DNA from: Candidatus Methylomirabilota bacterium
GTDB taxonomy: Archaea > Thermoproteota > Bathyarchaeia > 40CM-2-53-6
Direction of reading: 5' to 3'
DNA: 64,000 bases
Assembly (NCBI GenBank): GCA_035524675.1
Contig: DATKOK010000147.1
Coordinates: 351-64,350 of the forward strand
Shown: positions 47,465-57,014 of the stretch, in pieces
Position numbering within the stretch: position 1 is the stretch's first letter
How the letters are laid out: every line of letters begins with the position of its first letter
Notes under the pieces: model-generated
Told to the model about the DNA's origin: nothing
The model's input: only the letters and a program-made list of their open reading frames with translations
Databases searched by the model: none
Made by a program: the position numbers and the translations under genes

Positions 47465-48895
47465 TTTTTCAGCTGCAGGTTTTAGATGCCACCTCACTCC
47501 TTCGGCTGAATCTTCGACGATAACGCCCAGATCACGAAGCGAGTCGCGGATTCTATCAGACGTTCCCCAATCTCCCTTTCTCCTAGCTTCGTCGCGGGTC
47601 GAGAGTACCATGTTGAGAAGTCTCTCAAATACGCGTTCGAATGCCGTTCCCTTTGATTGGAGGATCCCGAAGACATTTCCAAAGTAGGCGAACAGGTTCA
47701 GAACCTCAACGAGTGCTTCTTGATTCAATCTATCATTTGCGTAAGGTTCGATGCCCTTAGTGAATCCTATTATGGCCGCGAGCGCGCGGGGAGTGTTGAA
47801 ATCATCATCCATTGCTTTGTCGAACTCTTCTTTGGCTTGAGCTACAATCTTACGAGTTTCATCTGACTCGGGCGCAGCTCCTGGTCTCGCCGTTGCTTGT
47901 AAGCTCCTGAATTGATCGAACACGGCGCGAAGCCGTTCTAAGACCTGCTCTGTTTGCGCGACGTGGCTTTCGTCATATTCAAGCTGACTGCGATAGTGAC
48001 TCGCGGCAAAATACAGTCTAAGGGCTTCCGGGTCGTGTTTCAGAAGAGCATCTTTTATGGTTATGAAATTACCCACGGATTTTCCCATACGTGTTCCGCT
48101 CACTGTCAGAAGCCCGCTATGGATCCAGTACTTCACCAGAGGTTGCTTACCAGTCGCAGCTTCGGCTTGAGCTATCTCAGCTTCGTGATGTGGAAATATC
48201 AGATCGAGACCGCCGCCGTGAACGTCATATGAGGGGCCCAGGTAGGTTGTGGTTATCGCAGTATCCTCAATATGCCAACCAGGACGGCCTCTACCCCATG
48301 GGCTATCCCATGCTGGTTCTCCCGGTTTCTCGCTCTTCCATAAGGCGAAGTCCACGACGTTTTTCTTTCTCGGGTCCGGATCAATACGGTGCGTTGTAAG
48401 CTGGTTGATGTCCTGACGGGACAAGTCCCCATAGTTAGGGAATTTCGAGACGTCAAAGAATACGTCTCCGTCAACCTGATATGCGAATCGCTTATCGACG
48501 AGGGTTAAAATCTGTGAAATAATCTCCGGAATGTGCTCAGATGCTTTTGCGTACAAGTTCACGCTGTCGATGCCTAGTGAATGCATATCTTGAAGGAAAT
48601 CTCTCCTGAATCTATCGGCAAGTATCAAAGGATCCTGGCCGAGTTCGTTCGCTCTGTTTATGATTTTATCGTCGATGTCAGTTATGTTCATCAGGTAGAA
48701 AACGCTGTAGCCCTTCGCTCGCAGATATCTTGCTATAATGTCGTACGCCAGATATGTTCTAGCATGTCCGATATGGCTGTGATCGTAGACCGTCGGACCA
48801 CAGACAAACATGTACACTCTGTTGTCATGTAAGGGACTGAACTCTTCGAGACTGCGCGAGTGGGTATTGTAAACTTTCAAGCGATTCAACCTCAA
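47456..48895 (-). CDS. cysS: Cysteinyl-tRNA synthetase
   Basis: FVCGPTVYDHSHIGHARTY (HIGH) and KMGKSVGN (KMSKS). Confidence 0.95.
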   Translation of the reverse strand: MRLNRLKVYNTHSRSLEEFSPLHDNRVYMFVCGPTVYDHSHIGHARTYLAYDIIARYLRAKGYSVFYLMNITDIDDKIINRANELGQDPLILADRFRRDFLQDMHSLGIDSVNLYAKASEHIPEIISQILTLVDKRFAYQVDGDVFFDVSKFPNYGDLSRQDINQLTTHRIDPDPRKKNVVDFALWKSEKPGEPAWDSPWGRGRPGWHIEDTAITTTYLGPSYDVHGGGLDLIFPHHEAEIAQAEAATGKQPLVKYWIHSGLLTVSGTRMGKSVGNFITIKDALLKHDPEALRLYFAASHYRSQLEYDESHVAQTEQVLERLRAVFDQFRSLQATARPGAAPESDETRKIVAQAKEEFDKAMDDDFNTPRALAAIIGFTKGIEPYANDRLNQEALVEVLNLFAYFGNVFGILQSKGTAFERVFERLLNMVLSTRDEARRKGDWGTSDRIRDSLRDLGVIVEDSAEGVRWHLKPAAEKSA

Positions 48896-49120
48896 CTATT
48901 CTCCTCGAGTGTGGCGTAGAACGATAAGTCTCGAGTGAACGTTAGGAAGAGAAAATTAGCAAACGCGGACACCCATGATTCCTGCCGCCGTTTTCTCAAT
49001 CTCTGTGTTAGCCTAATTAATATTCTCTTAGAGAGACGTTTGACGAAAGATTCTCCCTGATGGAACCAGATCTTATACCCTTAGACATATATTGAACGGC
49101 GGGTCCAACCGTCGAAACGG

Positions 49121-50407
49121 ATGAATTCCAGAATGGCGCAAGCGGTCCTTAAGTCAGAGAAGAGAGGAGAACAACCGATTGTGCAGCCTGAAGTCAACAT
49201 TGGAACATTGGGGCATGTTGACAATGGCAAGAGCACCCTCGTGCAGGCTCTTACCGGGGTTTGGACCGCGCGCCACTCTGAAGAATTACGTCGGGGGATT
49301 ACAATACGAATCGGATATGCTGACGCCTTCATCTACAAATGCCCAAAGTGTAGAGGGCCGAACAACTACGCTGTATCTCCGAAATGCCCGAACTGTGGGG
49401 GAGAAGCTAAACTCAAGCGTGGTATAAGCTTCGTTGATTGTCCTGGACATCATAGCCTTATGGTGACAATGCTCTCCGGCTCGGCGCTGATGGACGGCGC
49501 ATTGTTCGTTTTGGCGAGCAACGCCAAGTGTCCTCAAGCTCAGGATCGAGAACACTTGTTGGCCGCTGGTAGTGTGGGGATTAAGAAGCTTGTGATTGTT
49601 CAGAATAAGATTGATGTTGTAAGTAAAGAAAGGGCGATGGAAAACTACAAAGAAATTCAGTCATTTGTGAAGGGTACGATTGCCGAAGGAGCACCTGTTG
49701 TGCCGATTTCAGCACAGCATGGTACGAACGTAGATGTGCTCTTGCGAGAAATAGAGGATCGTATACCGACACCCAAGCGTGATATGGATGCACCTCCGCG
49801 GATGTTCGTTCTCCGTTCATTCGAGGTCAATAAGCCTGGTACCGAGATTGATGATCTTCTAGGAGGTGTAGTCGGAGGATCAGTCGTCCAAGGGGTGTTC
49901 AGGATAGGCGACCAGATTGAAATCAGGCCCGGAATCCCTATACAGGAAGCTGGGGGGCGAACAAGGTATGACCGGCTCGTTACAACCGTTAGGAGTCTCA
50001 GTGTGAGTAAGGGGCAAGTCAATGAGGCTAAGAGCGGAGGGCTCGTTGGTATCGGGACCGATTTAGATCCTGCATTAACCAAATCTGACGCGCTTGTTGG
50101 AAGCGTCGTAGGGAAGGTAGACACGCTTCCACCCTCACTCGGAAAGTTGCTCCTTGACGTCAATCTATTCGAGACCGTTGTGGGCACAGAACTATCAGTT
50201 CCGGTGGATAAGATTAAGACGAATGAAGCTCTCGTGCTGAATGTGGGCACTACCGTGACTTCTGGCATAGTCTCCTCCGCACGCGAGGATATTGTGGAAG
50301 TGAATCTTAGGAAGCCAGTATGTGCTGAGCCAAAGTCCAAGGTAGCGATCAGCAGACGAATTACAGACAGTTGGCGGCTGATAGGATTTGGAACACTGAG
50401 GACGTAG
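49121..50407 (+). CDS. eif2g: Translation initiation factor 2 gamma subunit
   Basis: NIGTLGHVDNGKSTLVQALTG, Zn knuckle CPKC...CPNCG, DCPGH, NKID. Confidence 0.95.
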   Translation: MNSRMAQAVLKSEKRGEQPIVQPEVNIGTLGHVDNGKSTLVQALTGVWTARHSEELRRGITIRIGYADAFIYKCPKCRGPNNYAVSPKCPNCGGEAKLKRGISFVDCPGHHSLMVTMLSGSALMDGALFVLASNAKCPQAQDREHLLAAGSVGIKKLVIVQNKIDVVSKERAMENYKEIQSFVKGTIAEGAPVVPISAQHGTNVDVLLREIEDRIPTPKRDMDAPPRMFVLRSFEVNKPGTEIDDLLGGVVGGSVVQGVFRIGDQIEIRPGIPIQEAGGRTRYDRLVTTVRSLSVSKGQVNEAKSGGLVGIGTDLDPALTKSDALVGSVVGKVDTLPPSLGKLLLDVNLFETVVGTELSVPVDKIKTNEALVLNVGTTVTSGIVSSAREDIVEVNLRKPVCAEPKSKVAISRRITDSWRLIGFGTLRT

Positions 50408-50409
50408 GC

Positions 50410-50817
50410 ATGCCCGTAAAAGTGATTCTTGATTCAAACTTCCTGATGGCTCCGTTTCAATTCCATGTTGACGTGTTCGAGGAGCTGGAATACCTGCTCC
50501 AGAAGAAGATAGATTTCATCGTGCCGTCAGCGGTCAAGCTGGAGTTAACTACTATCTCCTCAAGGGGGGGTGAGGGCGCGGCTGAAGCTTCATTGGCGCT
50601 CCAACTCGCCTCACGTTGTCGCGTGGTGGACGTAAACCTTCAGCCGAACGAGACAGTTGATGACGCTATCCTGAAGGCTGCTCAGAAATTGACCGCAGTT
50701 GTTGCCACAAACGACATCGAACTGAGGAAGAGGCTAAGAGATATTAACGTCCCAGTTGTGTACCTGCGCGATAAATCGAAGCTAGAGGTCGAAGGAATAG
50801 AACCTGCCTACTTCTAG
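50410..50817 (+). CDS. PIN-domain nuclease (Fcf1/Utp24-like, COG1412)
   Basis: VILDSNFLMAPFQF...VATNDIELRKRL. Conserved position between eif2g and rpoE. Confidence 0.75.
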   Translation: MPVKVILDSNFLMAPFQFHVDVFEELEYLLQKKIDFIVPSAVKLELTTISSRGGEGAAEASLALQLASRCRVVDVNLQPNETVDDAILKAAQKLTAVVATNDIELRKRLRDINVPVVYLRDKSKLEVEGIEPAYF

Positions 50818-50845
50818 AGGACGCGAGCCAAGAGAGAGATAAGGA

Positions 50846-51421
50846 ATGTTCAGATTAGTAACCGTTGAAGACATAGTCCGAATTCCACCGCAAAGCTTTG
50901 GCCACCCGATAGACAAAGCCGCGAAAGAACAGATCAAACTGAAGTATGAAAACATCGTGGACGAAGAACTCGGTTACGTCATACTGGTCGTAGACGTAGA
51001 TGTAGATCCTGTCGGTAAGATTCTGCCAGGAGATGGCTCAACCTATCATAAAGTGAACTTCAAGCTCTTAACGTTCTACCCCGAAATGCATGAAGTTGTT
51101 GAAGGCGAAGTCGTTGAGGTAACCGATTTCGGAGCGTTCGTAAGAATCGGACCGGAAGATGCCTTGCTGCACGTGTCACAGATCATGGACGACTATATCT
51201 CATTTGACGAAAAGCACGGAGCACTTGTTGGCAAGGAATCTCAAAGAAAACTTGCCAAAGGCGATATGGTAAGAGGTAGAATTATCGCGGTAAGTTTCCC
51301 ACGAGGAGGCGCCGGAGGCAAAATCGGCATTACGATGCGGCAACCTTTCCTAGGCCGGATCGACTGGATCGAAGCCGACGTAAAGAAGACCAAAGTGGTC
51401 CATGAGGAAAAGTCTGCATGA
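50846..51421 (+). CDS. rpoE: DNA-directed RNA polymerase subunit E' (Rpo7)
   Basis: MFRLVTVEDIVRIPP... plus S1 domain GEVVEVTDFGAFVRIGP. Confidence 0.9.
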   Translation: MFRLVTVEDIVRIPPQSFGHPIDKAAKEQIKLKYENIVDEELGYVILVVDVDVDPVGKILPGDGSTYHKVNFKLLTFYPEMHEVVEGEVVEVTDFGAFVRIGPEDALLHVSQIMDDYISFDEKHGALVGKESQRKLAKGDMVRGRIIAVSFPRGGAGGKIGITMRQPFLGRIDWIEADVKKTKVVHEEKSA

Positions 51422-51603
51422 CCGAGAAAGCGTGTAAGAACTGTCGATATGTTAGCAGCGGGTCGATTTGCCCTAACTGCAAGTCGAACAACCTCAGTGA
51501 TGACTGGTCTGGTCTAGTCGTGATTCTCGACCCTGCAACGTCTGAAGTCGCAAAGAAGATGGGTATCAAAGCGGCGGGAAAATACGCTCTACGCGTTCGA
51601 TGA
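51418..51603 (+). CDS. spt4: Transcription elongation factor Spt4 (RpoE'')
   Basis: KACKNCRYV...CPNC...DDWSGLVVILDP. Confidence 0.88.
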   Translation: MTEKACKNCRYVSSGSICPNCKSNNLSDDWSGLVVILDPATSEVAKKMGIKAAGKYALRVR

Positions 51604-51609
51604 GAATGG

Positions 51610-52143
51610 ATGCCCAAGCCGAAAACGCTACGTCTACCTGATTCGCTAAGGCAACAATTCAAGCAGCCTTTTGGTCAACTCGTTTCTGGATCAATATCCG
51701 ATTGTAATCGTATTATTGAAGAAGTGATTCAAAAGGAGGCTCCTCCTAAAGTCGTGTTAGTAGGCGATACCGTATCTCGACATGCAATCAGCGCGGGCCT
51801 TCATGCCGACGTTGTTATTGTTGACAATAAGGAAATGCGGCAATCATCTACTCCAGTTTCTCTAGGATCAAGAAAAATGTTCAAGCTAGTCAATTCTCAA
51901 GGGACCATCGCGTCAAAATCGTGGGACGTTCTCCTTCGAGCCCTAGAGGTTGGAAACACTGCGGTTGTCGTTGAGGGGGAGGAAGATTTGTTGGTGCTTG
52001 TGGCAGTGTCCGTTGCGCCTATTCGGTCTCTCGTTGTGTATGGACAGCCAAAGAGGGGAGTCGTGCTTGTTCGAGTGACAGCTGAGAGGAAGCGCGAAAT
52101 ATCTCGGTTGATCGCGCTGATGGAAGAGGTTACTTCGGTTTAA
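51610..52143 (+). CDS. DUF359-family GTP-dependent dephospho-CoA kinase
   Basis: VVLVGDTVS...VVIVDNKEMR...VVVEGEEDLLVL pattern. Conserved neighbour of spt4. Confidence 0.7.
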   Translation: MPKPKTLRLPDSLRQQFKQPFGQLVSGSISDCNRIIEEVIQKEAPPKVVLVGDTVSRHAISAGLHADVVIVDNKEMRQSSTPVSLGSRKMFKLVNSQGTIASKSWDVLLRALEVGNTAVVVEGEEDLLVLVAVSVAPIRSLVVYGQPKRGVVLVRVTAERKREISRLIALMEEVTSV

Positions 52144-52318
52144 TGAAGTCGGTAAAGCTGCAAGAGCCGCATGTCCATCGTTCAACCGGTAGCTTGTGAA
52201 ACGCCATTATGCTTCCGCATCGAGGGCATTTGCGGTTCTTCAGTTTAGCTGTCCCTTTCTGATCGTCGATTTCGTACAATTCGCCTAACCTAGATTTTGC
52301 TTCTTTCTTTGTGCTCAT
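52130..52318 (-). CDS. rps27ae: 30S ribosomal protein S27ae (eS31)
   Basis: CPRCGSIMAFH...WTCGSC zinc ribbon, 62 aa. Confidence 0.88.
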   Translation of the reverse strand: MSTKKEAKSRLGELYEIDDQKGTAKLKNRKCPRCGSIMAFHKLPVERWTCGSCSFTDFIKPK

Positions 52319-52758
52319 TTCTTAGCTTCCTCCTTTGCAGGTTCAGGTTTCACTTCAGGTTTCGGCTTCTCATCCTTACTCGGTGTCTTTGGTTCTGCCT
52401 TCGCTTGCTTGGGCTTTTCTGCTGCCTTGGGTTTTTCCTCGGTCTTCTTTGATTGTTCTTTAACCTTCTTTCGTTCGTCACCGGGCAAATTGCGGATTTG
52501 TATGTGTTTAGGAACTAGTTTCTTCGCTGCGATCGGATCATCATATACCTGAACTTCGCAGACTGAGTATTGAGTTCCAGTCTTTGTGTCTATTTCTACT
52601 ACAAACACGTTATCAGCTTTCGTGCCGTACTTTGCAGCCACAGCATCTCTCAAAGATGTCCGTGACGGCGAACCCGCATTCTCATGCTCCACATCGAGAG
52701 AGAGTTCCTTCCGTCCCAAGAGCGCATTGTACGTATCTTGCCTTACCTTAAACTCCAT
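52315..52758 (-). CDS. rps24e: 30S ribosomal protein S24e (eS24) with a K/P/E-rich C-terminal tail
   Basis: NALLGRKELSLDVEHENAGSPSRTSLRDAVAAKYG core, then KKVKEQSKKTEEKPKAAEKPKQAKAEPKTPSKDEKPKPEVKPEPAKEEAKK. Confidence 0.88.
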   Translation of the reverse strand: MEFKVRQDTYNALLGRKELSLDVEHENAGSPSRTSLRDAVAAKYGTKADNVFVVEIDTKTGTQYSVCEVQVYDDPIAAKKLVPKHIQIRNLPGDERKKVKEQSKKTEEKPKAAEKPKQAKAEPKTPSKDEKPKPEVKPEPAKEEAKK

Positions 52759-52763
52759 CTCAA

Positions 52764-53237
52764 CTACTTTCCTTTCTTAGTCTTCTTGATCTCTTTTGGC
52801 TTCTTCGAGGTTTTCTCAACCGGTTTGGCAGGCGCTACGGGCGTTGGAGGCGCGACGGGTTGTTCTATGGTTTTCGGCTTCGTGGTAGCTGCGCCTTCCT
52901 TTCTCAGGGTAACATTGATCTGATAAGTTTCTTCAGTAACGGTTCTCCCTCTGATGAGCTTACGCTTTCTCTCACCAGATTTATGCGGTCTGAAACCGGG
53001 ACCCGAGGATAGTACGATATACTTCTTTGCCCCCCCGTGGACATCGGCCCTCATAGGGACTCCGTTCTTATCACAACCGCCTGATATGACCGCATTTCCG
53101 TCTATGCCTATCGCGGTTCCGTCAACAACATCACCCAACGATCGCCCAATCAATGCCTGAGCGCGTGCTCCCTCTAGCTCGCTGACGACACACTTCCCAG
53201 TACCGGGGTCCGATACTATGAGTTTGAATTTCGCCAT
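52764..53237 (-). CDS. rps6e: 30S ribosomal protein S6e (eS6) with a K/P-rich C-terminal tail
   Basis: MAKFKLIVSDPGTGK...GGCDKNGVPMRADVHGGAKK core, then ...TTKPKTIEQPVAPPTPVAPAKPVEKTSKKPKEIKKTKKGK. Confidence 0.88.
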   Translation of the reverse strand: MAKFKLIVSDPGTGKCVVSELEGARAQALIGRSLGDVVDGTAIGIDGNAVISGGCDKNGVPMRADVHGGAKKYIVLSSGPGFRPHKSGERKRKLIRGRTVTEETYQINVTLRKEGAATTKPKTIEQPVAPPTPVAPAKPVEKTSKKPKEIKKTKKGK

Positions 53238-53306
53238 TACACGACCCTTTTTCGAATCGGATCGATACTAGCGACTGAACGCCTTTAATTAACGTTGTCA
53301 GGTTGC

Positions 53307-53684
53307 TTACCGCTGCCTCTTTGAATGAACCCGAAAGTGCGCTTTCAATTCCGCGATGCTCATGAACCCAAGTTCCTTTTGATCAGTTTCGCCTGTTTCC
53401 AGCCAAATGTGTCTCGGCTTCCTGCCCTCTATTGCAGCAAGAAACTGCTCCATAGTCAAAGCATCTACAGAATTTGGAGTCTTTCCAATGCGGACCTCAT
53501 TAACCAATCGGATTCGCTCCCCAGTGCTTAAAGCCCTATTAATGGAAAAGTAGTTTAAACCGCCTTCAGCAGGATGAGATATTCCGACGGTCGTCGCGTC
53601 TTTCAGCTCTATCAAAATTACAGAATATTGATGTATCTCGCTGAGGATATGGAGAACGTCACTCGCAGACATCATAGCAGCCAT
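53307..53684 (-). CDS. Hypothetical protein (125 aa)
   Basis: Clean ORF filling the gap between rps6e and rpl7ae. No motif I can identify. Confidence 0.5.
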   Translation of the reverse strand: MAAMMSASDVLHILSEIHQYSVILIELKDATTVGISHPAEGGLNYFSINRALSTGERIRLVNEVRIGKTPNSVDALTMEQFLAAIEGRKPRHIWLETGETDQKELGFMSIAELKAHFRVHSKRQR

Positions 53685-53836
53685 TATCCAGCCTAGCGAC
53701 GACCTGATCGAAATACGTAAGAGTCCTTATCAAGTTTGGTAAAGAGTTGCAAAGACGAACAACCGCGGAGCAGAAATGTTCATAAACGGCATATCGTTGC
53801 ATACGCTGACAATTGGCAAATGTGCAAGTGAAGCGA

Positions 53837-54229
53837 ATGCCAAAATCATTCTACGTTAAGTTCGAAGTTCCGAAGGAGTTGGCAGACAAAGCCTACCAAC
53901 TAGTGCAAATTGCGAAGGATTCGGGTAAAATAAGAAAGGGCACGAATGAAAGCACAAAGGCGATTGAGCGCGCCGTGGCGAAGCTCGTTCTGATCGCAGA
54001 AGATGTCGATCCACCGCAGGTTGTCGCTCATCTTCCTATCTTATGTGAAGAGCGGAAGATTTCCTACTTATTCGTGCCGAGCAAACTTGATCTGGGGCGC
54101 TCAGCAGGAATCGATGTGGGATGCGCTGCGATCTCTGTGCTTGAGGGCGGCGAAGGATCAAAGACGCTGAAGGAAATTATCGACGCGACGGAGCAGTTCA
54201 GAAAGGGCGGGGCTAAGGTTCAGCAATGA
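53837..54229 (+). CDS. rpl7ae: 50S ribosomal protein L7Ae (k-turn binding)
   Basis: [21 protein letters not shown]...[33 protein letters not shown] 53837 preferred over TTG 53813. Confidence 0.92.
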   Translation: MPKSFYVKFEVPKELADKAYQLVQIAKDSGKIRKGTNESTKAIERAVAKLVLIAEDVDPPQVVAHLPILCEERKISYLFVPSKLDLGRSAGIDVGCAAISVLEGGEGSKTLKEIIDATEQFRKGGAKVQQ

Positions 54230-54450
54230 GTGCTCCGAAGGAGCGCGCAGAAGAAGCGATAACGCCCGCCGAGGTTACGCAGATTATTGGTAGAACCGGT
54301 GTAACAGGTGAAGTCATTCAGGTACGTGTGAGAATCCTCGAAGGGAGAGACAAAGGCCGCGTCATAACCAGGAATATCAAAGGTCCCATCAGAACCGGAG
54401 ATATTCTGATGCTTCGTGAGACCGAACGCGAAGCTAAGAAGATCCGATAG
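54226..54450 (+). CDS. rps28e: 30S ribosomal protein S28e
   Basis: [57 protein letters not shown]. Confidence 0.92.
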   Translation: MSAPKERAEEAITPAEVTQIIGRTGVTGEVIQVRVRILEGRDKGRVITRNIKGPIRTGDILMLRETEREAKKIR

Positions 54451-54463
54451 GGAGCCTCGACGG

Positions 54464-54658
54464 TTGCCTAGAACCTACTCATGTTCGTTCTGCGGGAAAG
54501 ATTTCCCACAGGCCACGGGCATCATGTTTGTACGGAACGACGGATCAATTATGTATTTCTGCTCGTCAAAGTGCAGGAAAAGTCTGATGGTTTATCGAAG
54601 GGATCCTAGAAAACTCAAATGGACCTTGTATTATGGGAAGAAGGAACGAGGAAAGTAG
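54464..54658 (+). CDS. rpl24e: 50S ribosomal protein L24e
   Basis: [39 protein letters not shown] 54464 preceded by tagggag. Confidence 0.88.
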   Translation: MPRTYSCSFCGKDFPQATGIMFVRNDGSIMYFCSSKCRKSLMVYRRDPRKLKWTLYYGKKERGK

Positions 54659-54663
54659 CGTAG

Positions 54664-55128
54664 TTGCAGGCTGAGAAGCAGCAAACATTCGTCTTCCTAA
54701 AGCCAGAAAGTGTGGTTAGGGGACTAATAGGCGAAATCGTGGCTCGCTTCGAGCGCAAGGGATTAACTCTAGCCGCGGCTAGGCTGATCAAAATGTCGGA
54801 AGAGCAAGCTCGTCAGTTGTATTCAATTCACAGTAACAAGCCGTTCTTCCAGGAACTCGTCTCCCATGTGACATCAAGCCCCGTCTTCCTCATGGTGTGG
54901 GAGGGTCCAAATGTTGTAACTGTCGCAAGAACCCTGGTTGGGGCTACGAACCCACTGAATGCTGCTCCTGGAACTATTCGCGGAGACTTCGCGCTCAACG
55001 TAACGCCGAACGCCATCCATGCATCTGATTCAATCGAAAATGCGAAACGAGAACTGTCAATCTTCTTCTCCCCAGCCGATATCTGGAGTTACAACAGACC
55101 TACTGAGCAGCAATTTCTGTTAAAGTAG
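54664..55128 (+). CDS. ndk: Nucleoside diphosphate kinase
   Basis: TFVFLKPESVVRGLIGEIVARFERKGL, GATNP..A.PGTIRGDF, NAIHASD. Confidence 0.93.
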   Translation: MQAEKQQTFVFLKPESVVRGLIGEIVARFERKGLTLAAARLIKMSEEQARQLYSIHSNKPFFQELVSHVTSSPVFLMVWEGPNVVTVARTLVGATNPLNAAPGTIRGDFALNVTPNAIHASDSIENAKRELSIFFSPADIWSYNRPTEQQFLLK

Positions 55129-55129
55129 A

Positions 55130-56917
55130 TCAGAAACCCCAGACTGGGTTTGTTTTCCGCTTTATTTGAATCAACTCGTTAATTGTTTCCCGATCGGCCT
55201 CAGTGAGTTCTCCTGGAAACTTCGTGAGAAATGTCTTCAAATGGCGTTCTGGAACGTCCGCATAGATGACGTCACCTTCGTCAATATTCCGTCCCACTAC
55301 TCCGTCCTCGATTGATACTGCGACCTGCATACTAACTGTGGCTTCCGGCACGTCTTTTCCCTGATCCTGAATACCTTGAAGCTCGCCCAGCTTCTTTCCG
55401 GACTGTGTGATCAGAGGAATCTTTGGTCTAAATCGACCTGTAGTTATTTCTACACCAACGATTGCGGGTTTGCTCCTCCTGAATAAGAATCCTGCAAGAA
55501 CTTTAGCTTTGCATGGTCGAACAAGCAGATCAAGTTCAGCCTTCACACCCGCCGCACGTTGTTCTTCACTCCAATGGATGTAGTCTTCTAGCATGTGGTA
55601 GATTATGTCGGACTTGAAGATCGGTATACCCGCCACTTTTGCTTCTTCCTCTGCATCGGGCAGAATCTTCACATTGAAGGCGAGGATTGCTGCAAGCAAT
55701 CTATCCTCGGGACCTAACGCTTCGACTTCCACTACATCCCTCTTGGTTACGTCGCCAATGTCTGCCAGTCGTATCTGAATTCCATGTCTGTTTAATGTTT
55801 CTGTGACGGCCTCAAGCGAACCAAGCGTATCTGTCCTAAGGACTATCCCAGATTTCTCGGTCTTAATTCGGAGTTTCTCAACTTCGTCTTCAATCATCCT
55901 TGCATACTCCTTCGTATTCTTTCCTTTCGGGGCTGCATACAAGGGCGATCCAGCAAGCGCGGCTTCAAGTCCCGGAGCTGCAATCTTGACACCTGATGCG
56001 GCAGCAACCCTTCGTACGCTCGTGAACCGGTCACGAGGATCTCTTATCTCATCCAGCGGCTTCGGAACAAGTATGGCACGCACTTCGGTAACGATCGGAT
56101 GCTCACGCCCACCAATTACTATTGTGTCATCGACCTTCAAGGAGCCGTCGTAAATTATCGCGTTAATCGTGGTTCCAAGTCCAGGTTCATCTTTAACTTC
56201 AAGCACTGTACCCCGCGCGGGGCCAGATGTGACTTGAAGTTCGTCAGAAAGGTAAGCTTGAGTCAATCCGGTTAGAATTGCCAAAAGTTCAGGGATCCCT
56301 TCTCCAGTTTTAGCGCTTAATGGAACGATGGCGAGGTTCTCTTTGAATTGAGTAATCCGGTCGAATCTCTCTGCTTTGAACCCAAGTCTGGAGAGAGTGC
56401 CCATGATGGTGTAAACTCTATTGTCGAGTTCAGTCTGTACCTCAGGAAATTGCGACTTGAGAGTTGTTGCGAAGGGAACCGCTAACTGTGACTTCCATCC
56501 AGGGATGGCATCAATTTTATTTGCGGCAATTATGAAGGGGGTCTTCCTGCTCTTGAGTATATTTATCGACTCAACTGTTTGAGGTTCGACGCCCTTCGTT
56601 ACGTCAATCACCAAAATGGCAATATCGGCGGCTGATCCGCCACGTCTTCGGAGATTCGAGAAAGTTTCGTGTCCTGGTGTATCAATAAACAAAAGTCCGG
56701 GAACTTTCAATTCGAAATGGAACTGTTCGAGCAGCGGGCCACAAATCTCCTCGACGGTTGCGCGAGGCAGAAGACTGGCCCCGATGAGTTGTGTTATTAA
56801 CCCTGGCTCTCGCTTGGCGACGGAAGTGCCTCTGAGTTTGTCTAGGAGAGTCGTTTTGCCGTGGTCAACATGACCTAGTACTACCACTATAGGTTGTCTA
56901 ATGGTCAAGTTGTCCAC
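55130..56917 (-). CDS. infB: Translation initiation factor aIF5B (IF-2 homologue)
   Basis: RQPIVVVLGHVDHGKTTLLDKLRGT, DTPGHETF, NKID. 595 aa. Confidence 0.95.
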   Translation of the reverse strand: MDNLTIRQPIVVVLGHVDHGKTTLLDKLRGTSVAKREPGLITQLIGASLLPRATVEEICGPLLEQFHFELKVPGLLFIDTPGHETFSNLRRRGGSAADIAILVIDVTKGVEPQTVESINILKSRKTPFIIAANKIDAIPGWKSQLAVPFATTLKSQFPEVQTELDNRVYTIMGTLSRLGFKAERFDRITQFKENLAIVPLSAKTGEGIPELLAILTGLTQAYLSDELQVTSGPARGTVLEVKDEPGLGTTINAIIYDGSLKVDDTIVIGGREHPIVTEVRAILVPKPLDEIRDPRDRFTSVRRVAAASGVKIAAPGLEAALAGSPLYAAPKGKNTKEYARMIEDEVEKLRIKTEKSGIVLRTDTLGSLEAVTETLNRHGIQIRLADIGDVTKRDVVEVEALGPEDRLLAAILAFNVKILPDAEEEAKVAGIPIFKSDIIYHMLEDYIHWSEEQRAAGVKAELDLLVRPCKAKVLAGFLFRRSKPAIVGVEITTGRFRPKIPLITQSGKKLGELQGIQDQGKDVPEATVSMQVAVSIEDGVVGRNIDEGDVIYADVPERHLKTFLTKFPGELTEADRETINELIQIKRKTNPVWGF

Positions 56918-57014
56918 CGGCTTTTGTTCTAACTCAGGACATCCGCCATTAAAGCTTCACTGGAGTTGAGCTTTTTACGTTCATGGTTTATTCGTACGGT
57001 GCGGCTCGTAACTA

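Noticed and set aside
49657-50340. Long antisense shadow ORFs inside strongly identified genes (e.g. 227 aa in eif2g; also 19645-20295 in the SMC-like gene, 4789-5379 in aEF-2, 25164-25610 in ileS, 33404-33874 in the GTPase gene)
   Set aside because: They have Ser/Arg/Thr/Pro-rich low-complexity translations typical of the reverse frame of real genes. Each is fully nested in a CDS with unambiguous family motifs.
53790-53840. Autoregulatory k-turn in the rpl7ae leader (CGCUGAC ... GUGAAGCGAAUGC spanning the ATG)
   Set aside because: The two arms can pair and place tandem G.A pairs. But no arrangement gives the required 3-nt bulge followed by GA on one strand with GA abutting the C-helix on the other, so it fails canonical k-turn geometry.
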